A DNA stretch of 64,000 nucleotides, taken from the NCBI GenBank assembly GCA_041601615.1, contig JBFIHX010000002.1, positions 64,001 to 128,000 on the forward strand. The letters are read 5' to 3'. The position numbers and the translations under genes were made by a program. Below the pieces are notes generated by a model that saw only the letters and a list, made by a program, of their open reading frames with translations, was not told the DNA's origin and made no database searches. Source of the DNA: Thermoplasmatota archaeon (GTDB lineage: Archaea > Thermoplasmatota > E2 > JACPAO01 > JAHFTW01). This document shows positions 58,535 through 64,000 of this stretch, piece by piece. Within the stretch, counting starts at the first letter, position 1; each line of letters starts with the position of its first letter.

Positions 58535-59813
58535 GTTCGCGTGCCGCGTGTTCGGCCGCCGACATGATGGCCGGCGCGTCCACGCTCTCTACCTTTCCTT
58601 CTGCCATCAAGACCCGACCGTGCACCACCGTTGCAGAGACGTCGCGCCCGCCCGCAGCATAGACGAGGTGGCTGACCGCATCGTGGCGTGGGACGAGGTG
58701 CGGTCGGCGGAAATCCACCATGCACAAATCCGCCGTAGCACCCACTTCGATGCGACCAAGATCGGGGCGCATCAAGGCGTCGGCGCCATCGCGAGTCGCC
58801 ATGTCCAAAACGCGCTGCGCCGGCAACACCGTCGGATCCCAGCGGTGTTGTTTTTGCACAAGCGCTGCAAATTTCATGGACTCAAACAAGTCCGTGCCGT
58901 TGTTGCTGGCCGCTCCGTCGGTGCCTAGACCAACATGGACCCCCGCATCGTGCAGCTCCGGTACGGGGCACACTCCCCCCGTGGCAAGCTTCAGATTCGA
59001 GACCGGACAATGCGCGACACTGGCACCGGCGTGGGCGATGTCGGAGACCTCCTGTTTGGTAATCCAGCCGCAGTGGGCTAGAATGGCGTTGGCGTCGAGG
59101 GCGCCGGTTTCCTTGAGCACCTGGATCGGGCGAGCCCCGTGCTTCTCGATGACGTCGTAGATCTCCGTGCGCGTCTCCGAGCAATGCGTGTGGAGTGGAA
59201 CGTTGTAGGTTGTGGCAAGTCGCGCCGATTCTTCGTAGGTCTCGCGGTTGCAGGTGTAGGTGCCGTGTGGGCTCGGACAGTGTGTGATGAGCGGGTCGCT
59301 GCGGGTCGCCTTGATGCTCGCCTCGATTTCGGCGATTTTGCGGTTTGCCTCCCCATCGGGTGTCTGAAACACGTCGACCATGCCCTCGCCACACCAGCCG
59401 CGAAGGCCGGCGTCGCGACAACTGGCGGCAATCGGGCCAGCTTCCATGAAGTACATGTCCAGGTAGCTCGTGACTCCGCCCGCGATCATCTCCAAGTGGC
59501 CAAGGTCCGCCCCGGCGCGCATGGTCGCCTCGGTGAGCTTCGCCTCCGCTGGCCAGATGCGTTCTTGGAGCCACGGTTCAAGCCGCATGTCGTCGCCGTA
59601 GCCACGAAACAGACCCATGGGGACGTGCGTGTGCAGGTTGATGAGCCCCGGCAGGACGACCTGGCCTGTGCCGTCGAGTTCGCGGTCTGCTTCTGGGGCT
59701 TTGCCTCCGACGCTGACAATGCGGTCGTCTTCCACGTACAAGTCGCCCTCGATGACGCGGCGCGTGTCGTCTTGGGTGACGATGGTGGTGTTGCGGATGG
59801 CGAGGCTGGCCAC
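58524..59813 (-). CDS. mtaD: 5'-methylthioadenosine/S-adenosylhomocysteine deaminase family amidohydrolase
   Basis: PGLINLHTH; WLQERIWPAE; HTHCSET; AHCPVSNLKLA; GTDGAASNN. Confidence 0.85.
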   Translation of the reverse strand: MASLAIRNTTIVTQDDTRRVIEGDLYVEDDRIVSVGGKAPEADRELDGTGQVVLPGLINLHTHVPMGLFRGYGDDMRLEPWLQERIWPAEAKLTEATMRAGADLGHLEMIAGGVTSYLDMYFMEAGPIAASCRDAGLRGWCGEGMVDVFQTPDGEANRKIAEIEASIKATRSDPLITHCPSPHGTYTCNRETYEESARLATTYNVPLHTHCSETRTEIYDVIEKHGARPIQVLKETGALDANAILAHCGWITKQEVSDIAHAGASVAHCPVSNLKLATGGVCPVPELHDAGVHVGLGTDGAASNNGTDLFESMKFAALVQKQHRWDPTVLPAQRVLDMATRDGADALMRPDLGRIEVGATADLCMVDFRRPHLVPRHDAVSHLVYAAGGRDVSATVVHGRVLMAEGKVESVDAPAIMSAAEHAARELTA

Positions 59814-59946
59814 GACGCGGGGACACGGGGCAGTTGGAAGAGGCTTCGGGAGATTTAGTGAAGCCGAAAAGCCTTATTTTGAGGCGCCCCTAAACCTGAT
59901 TGTGCACGACGTGCTTGAGCTGTGGCCCCAAGAAGCCCGACCCAAA

Positions 59947-60378
59947 ATGGCGCCCGCACCCGCTCGGCGCGACCGCACCCTGTTTCTCTGGAAAGCCGGC
60001 CTCCTGCTTGCCACCACCCTCGCCCTCATCCCGATTCTTGCCTGGAAACACGAACTGGCCGCCACCACCTACGTTGCCTTCCTCGTCACCGTCCACGTTG
60101 CCGGCCTCGGCATCTTCCTCTACGGCGTGCGCAGACGAACCCTCGCCCCCAACACCCGAGGATTCCTCGTTCGCATCGCCGGCCTCATCGCCCTATTCTC
60201 GCTCGCAGGCCTCGCAAGCCAAGGCCTCCACGCCGGCCTCCATTCCACCATCTTTTGGGCAAGCCTCACCGCCATCTGGGCACTCCACACCGCCGGCGCC
60301 GCCCTCCTACACCTGCGCCCCCAATCGGCCCGCGCCAACGGTCACGCCGACGCCGGCAGCCTATGCCCATTCCTCTGA
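59947..60378 (+). CDS. 4-TM membrane protein
   Basis: four hydrophobic helices, two intramembrane His, C-terminal CPF. Confidence 0.6.
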   Translation: MAPAPARRDRTLFLWKAGLLLATTLALIPILAWKHELAATTYVAFLVTVHVAGLGIFLYGVRRRTLAPNTRGFLVRIAGLIALFSLAGLASQGLHAGLHSTIFWASLTAIWALHTAGAALLHLRPQSARANGHADAGSLCPFL

Positions 60379-60432
60379 ACCGCGCCACGCCGCCACCCAA
60401 ACCTCCACAACCGCCCCCAGCCCTCGCCTCGC

Positions 60433-60825
60433 GTGGCTTGGCACGACCAACCAAAACTGCGCAATCACCCCGCAGTCCTTGCCTACATCGACGACCTGGA
60501 GCCCGCACAGCGTGCCCACGTTACCACCATGCGCGAGCTAGTGCAATCGATGGACCCCGACGTGGTCGAATGCATCGCCTGGGGCATCCCTTTCTGGTTC
60601 CGGCGCGGCCCCCTTTGCTACGCCAGCGCCGCCAAGACCCACGTCACCCTCGGCATCGCGCGCGGCGTTGAAATCAACGACACCACCGGCCTACTTCGCG
60701 GCACCGGCAAGAGCCCCCTGCGCAAAACGATCCTCACGTTGCACCAGTCCTTTCCCGAGGCCGCCGCCCGCGACTGGCTCACCCAAGCCCTGCAACTTGA
60801 CGAAAGGGACGAAGAGGAATGCTAG
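60433..60825 (+). CDS. DUF1801 (YdhG-like) protein
   Basis: V.AYID; ECIAWGIPFW; HVTLG..RG; LLRGTGK. Confidence 0.85.
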   Translation: MAWHDQPKLRNHPAVLAYIDDLEPAQRAHVTTMRELVQSMDPDVVECIAWGIPFWFRRGPLCYASAAKTHVTLGIARGVEINDTTGLLRGTGKSPLRKTILTLHQSFPEAAARDWLTQALQLDERDEEEC

Positions 60826-61592
60826 GGAGTCTCCATTGCTTTTCGACTCGCCGTTAGCAACATCCGACGAGGCACCAAACCCGCAAACCGCAATGCCGCC
60901 AAACTCCGAGGCACCACCACAACGGGACGCCTTCGCATCATCCCCGCATACCCAACCTTGGCCGTCTCTGCCGCCGTAATCGCCCGCTTGAATGCCCGCG
61001 AACCATCCACCGCCGCCCGCGCCCCAAAGCCCGTGGAAACCGGCCCCGGACACAACACCGTGCACGTCACATCCGTGTGGCGCAATTCCTCATTCACCGC
61101 CTGACTGAAACTGTTGACAAACGCCTTCGTGGCATAATACACCGCCATCCCCGGCCCCGGCAGGAACCCCGCCGTGCTACCCACTTGCAGCACCCGACCA
61201 CGGCCCCGCGCCACCATGCCCGGAAGAAACAACCGCGTCAACGCAACGAGCGCCTCCACATTCAAACGCACCATATCCAACTCCATTTCCAACGGACGAT
61301 CTATCAAATTCCCATGCCCACCAAAACCGGCGTTGTTGACCAACACCTCCACCGAAATCCCACGCTCTTGTATCCACGAAAAAACCTCCTCGGCCGCCCC
61401 CGGCTTGCCAAGATCCATCGCCAAAACATGCACCCGAACGTCGTGCTCCGTCTCCAACTCCCCCGCCAGAGACTCCAACTCCAACAAACGCCGCGCAACC
61501 AGAACCACATCCCCGCCTCGACGCGCATGTTCCCGAGCCAACTCACGGCCAATACCGCTGCTTGCCCCAGTCACCAGGGCAGTTCCTACCAT
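60822..61592 (-). CDS. short-chain dehydrogenase/reductase
   Basis: TGASSGIG; NNAG; YYATK; CPGPVST. Confidence 0.95.
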   Translation of the reverse strand: MVGTALVTGASSGIGRELAREHARRGGDVVLVARRLLELESLAGELETEHDVRVHVLAMDLGKPGAAEEVFSWIQERGISVEVLVNNAGFGGHGNLIDRPLEMELDMVRLNVEALVALTRLFLPGMVARGRGRVLQVGSTAGFLPGPGMAVYYATKAFVNSFSQAVNEELRHTDVTCTVLCPGPVSTGFGARAAVDGSRAFKRAITAAETAKVGYAGMMRRRPVVVVPRSLAALRFAGLVPRRMLLTASRKAMETP

Positions 61593-61653
61593 GCCTCTGC
61601 CACCGCGCGCCCACGCAAGAACCCCGTGGCCCGAAATGGCGAAAACGGCCAAC

Positions 61654-61995
61654 CTACGAAGTGGCCCGAACGCGCACATCACGCAGCCCCGGCACCTCAG
61701 CAAGATGCTCCAAAACCTGCTTGACTTGGCTGCTTCGCAACTGCGGCGAACGCACCGACAGCACCGACCTTCCCGCGACCACCAACAAACGCCAACGGGT
61801 CTTCTCCCACGCCATGCCGCGGCGAACAAGCGCAAAATGCACAACGCGACCCTGCCCCGCAAGCGGCGCCAACGCCTTCGCAATGGCAGCCTCCGCGTCC
61901 GCACCCGCATCATGCCGCGCATCAATCCGCACACGGCGAAACGTGCCCGCAGGAAGATCAATCAAATGGGCCTCGGCAGCTTCCACTCGAATCAT
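61654..61995 (-). CDS. hypothetical basic protein (paralog 2)
   Basis: C-terminal half aligns with the upstream ORF. Confidence 0.55.
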   Translation of the reverse strand: MIRVEAAEAHLIDLPAGTFRRVRIDARHDAGADAEAAIAKALAPLAGQGRVVHFALVRRGMAWEKTRWRLLVVAGRSVLSVRSPQLRSSQVKQVLEHLAEVPGLRDVRVRATS

Positions 61996-61996
61996 A

Positions 61997-62440
61997 TCAC
62001 TCAAACCTCCGCGCAGTGTCCATCCAAGCCGGCCGAGCCCCCGCAGCCACGCGACGCGACCGCGCCACAACCCCCCGCACCCGCAAATCCACCAAATTGG
62101 GCACCGATGCAAGCGAAGACACCAAACGCTCCAACTGCCTTGGCGTCACCGCTTGATCCGTGCGTACAGTAAGGACATTACGCCGCACCCGCACGGTCAT
62201 CGGCAACCGCCCGTGCGGCCATTCCATTTCCACGCCTCGCCACACTCGACGCTCACGAGGCGGCGTCCCAAAGCGAACACGGAGCGCCTTGCGCACAGAC
62301 TCCCACGGCACAAACGCGGCCATGTGCGCCGCAGTCAACACAAGCCCCTGAATTGCCTCCACCGGCAAACCCACAGCCTCTGAAAGAGGCCCTGACCAAC
62401 TGGCATCAAACGCGAGATCAGACGAACGCACAAACCCCAT
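61997..62440 (-). CDS. hypothetical basic protein (paralog 1)
   Basis: 1-bp gap to next ORF; shared VLxVR...LAxVPxLxDxRVR motif. Confidence 0.55.
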   Translation of the reverse strand: MGFVRSSDLAFDASWSGPLSEAVGLPVEAIQGLVLTAAHMAAFVPWESVRKALRVRFGTPPRERRVWRGVEMEWPHGRLPMTVRVRRNVLTVRTDQAVTPRQLERLVSSLASVPNLVDLRVRGVVARSRRVAAGARPAWMDTARRFE

Positions 62441-62482
62441 TGAGCCGCACCGCCAGATGAACCGCACACCCCGTTTCCAACC

Positions 62483-62887
62483 ATGGAAACCGCCCCCTCC
62501 GACTTTTCCATCCATGAAACCTACCCCCACCCCATGGCAGGGCCCAACGCGGTCTTGGTGCAAGATGCACTGCAACACCCCGGCCGTTGCGCCGTGCTCC
62601 AAGCCTGCATGGGCCCCGCTTCCTCCGCCAAAGACATCGCAACCCGCACCGGCCTACCCAGCGTCACTTGCTACCGCCACCTCAAGCACCTCACCGACAC
62701 CGGCCTCCTCGTCATCGACCGCAGCGCCATCACGCCCGATGGCCACCCCTACGACCTCTACCGCAGCACCCTCACGTGGGCCCGCCTCGCCGTCACCGAA
62801 CAAGGCATCCAACCCGAGTGGAAACTACGCTCCGGCATGGGCGACCGCCTCTATCGACTCTGGTCCCAACTGGAGGACCGACAATGA
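62483..62887 (+). CDS. ArsR-like winged-helix regulator (module C)
   Basis: SAKDIATRTGLPSVTCYRHLKHL; GH...YRS; C-terminal DRLYRLWSQL. Confidence 0.88.
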   Translation: METAPSDFSIHETYPHPMAGPNAVLVQDALQHPGRCAVLQACMGPASSAKDIATRTGLPSVTCYRHLKHLTDTGLLVIDRSAITPDGHPYDLYRSTLTWARLAVTEQGIQPEWKLRSGMGDRLYRLWSQLEDRQ

Positions 62888-63162
62888 CCCTGACCCCAAC
62901 ACTACTGCTACTACGCGCCCTAACCGTCCTTGCCGGCGGCGTCTTCATCACCTACGCCCTCACGGCGTACCGAAAACACCGCAGCCCCGCGATGCTGATT
63001 CTAGGCACCGCCATCGCCCTGATGGTCCTCGGCGCCGCCATCGAAATCGTCGCATACCTGTTTGTCGGCGCCAGCCTTGCGATGGCAGAAGTCCTTGAAG
63101 CCAGCGTGACCTTGCTCGCCTTCCTCATCCTCCTCTTATCAGTACGTAGCCAACGCCATTGA
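62884..63162 (+). CDS. small 3-TM membrane protein (module C)
   Basis: AYRKHRSPAMLILGTAI; ATGA overlap with the regulator. Confidence 0.78.
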   Translation: MTLTPTLLLLRALTVLAGGVFITYALTAYRKHRSPAMLILGTAIALMVLGAAIEIVAYLFVGASLAMAEVLEASVTLLAFLILLLSVRSQRH

Positions 63163-63181
63163 TTCCGCGCATGAAAGCCGT

Positions 63182-63436
63182 GCACGCATTATCGTCCACA
63201 AACGCGACCGCGTCACCATCACGGTGCACAGCCTCGACGGCAGCAGACGCGCCCACGATTTCAAACTCAAAGGTGCCCCCCACATCATTCCCCCAAGCGG
63301 CATCGAAGTGGAACTGCACAAAGCGACCCAGACCAAGTCGTTCACGTCCTTGAACGCCGGCACCTTCCGCATCGTCTGCGAACTCGGCGGCCACGAGCGC
63401 CAAAGAATGGGGGCAACGCTCGTTGTGGAAGGCTAG
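63182..63436 (+). pseudogene. 5'-truncated cupredoxin (type-1 Cu ligands retained)
   Basis: frame reads IIVHKRDRVTITVHSLD..AHDF..GTFRIVCELGGHERQRM; no upstream in-frame start or signal peptide. Confidence 0.6.
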
Positions 63437-64000
63437 CGAGGCTCGGAAGGCCTCAGACCCGGCTCATCATCGAGCCACTCCACACGCGACGGCTCAGGCA
63501 ACACGCCCGGCACGCCCAACAAGGGTCGTTCGTCCAACTCCGAGGAACCTTCCGTTTGCGCCGAACGAAACAGCAAGTGATACGCCCGAGCCGTCAACCC
63601 GCCAATCAGCAAAATCGCCAGCACCTCGCTCAGTGCCACAGCCAACCAATTGGGGAGGTCTGTGAACGTCAACCCCCAAACGCCCAACCCAACCAAAATG
63701 CCTACACCAATGGCCGGAAAAAACAGCGCGGGCACGGTGCCACGGGAACGACGCCACGTTGAACGGATGACCGTGAAGGGACCATCGTCCCCCAACAATG
63801 CCATGGGCCCAAGCGTCAGAAGCCGTAGCACCACCCACGCCATCATTGCAAGCACCGCCACGGCCCCCACAACTCCAAGAACCGCGACAGGCACCAATGC
63901 CGCGAGCACGGCCACAAAAATCAGCGCCGTAAACAGGGCATGAACGACCACCAACACCACGAGTCGAGAAGGCAACGACCGCCATGGCACACGAGCGCCC
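63433..64000 (-). CDS. multi-pass membrane protein (5' end probably outside window)
   Basis: several TM helices; IRSTWRRSRG pattern. Confidence 0.6.
   Translation of the reverse strand, partial: GARVPWRSLPSRLVVLVVVHALFTALIFVAVLAALVPVAVLGVVGAVAVLAMMAWVVLRLLTLGPMALLGDDGPFTVIRSTWRRSRGTVPALFFPAIGVGILVGLGVWGLTFTDLPNWLAVALSEVLAILLIGGLTARAYHLLFRSAQTEGSSELDERPLLGVPGVLPEPSRVEWLDDEPGLRPSEPR

Overview
A GC-rich chromosomal segment of an archaeon. The evidence is aIF2-gamma with its PIN neighbour, PurP, a DRG/Rbg GTPase, archaeal-type tRNAs and TATA-like promoters. Gene content suggests a Thermoplasmatota-like aerobic heterotroph (inference). About 80 genes mix housekeeping and metabolism (MoxR/DUF58, aguA/aguB, msrA, malic enzyme, FAH, queC/queE, SNF2 helicase, dcd, a TDO-like enzyme, acyl-CoA dehydrogenase, purP, copA, mtaD) with many uncharacterised secreted proteins. 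Several secreted proteins end in a Pro + TM + RRR anchor. There are two tRNAs, Pro-TGG and Ser-TGA. I saw no CRISPR array, transposase or integrase. Most notable: (1) three copies of a kinase-free module made of a 3-TM protein and a winged-helix regulator with a shared C-terminal Trp helix, each beside exported or cupredoxin-like genes; (2) a divergent pair of paralogous surface proteins predicted to start with His, one carrying a circularly permuted, Cys-less cupredoxin; (3) a tandem array of three 109-bp structured repeats that copy the 5' end of tRNA-Ser and lie directly upstream of it; (4) a promoter motif shared by two distant secreted-protein genes; (5) small secreted Cys-rich peptides. 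All annotations are by-eye motif recognition; no database searches were run.
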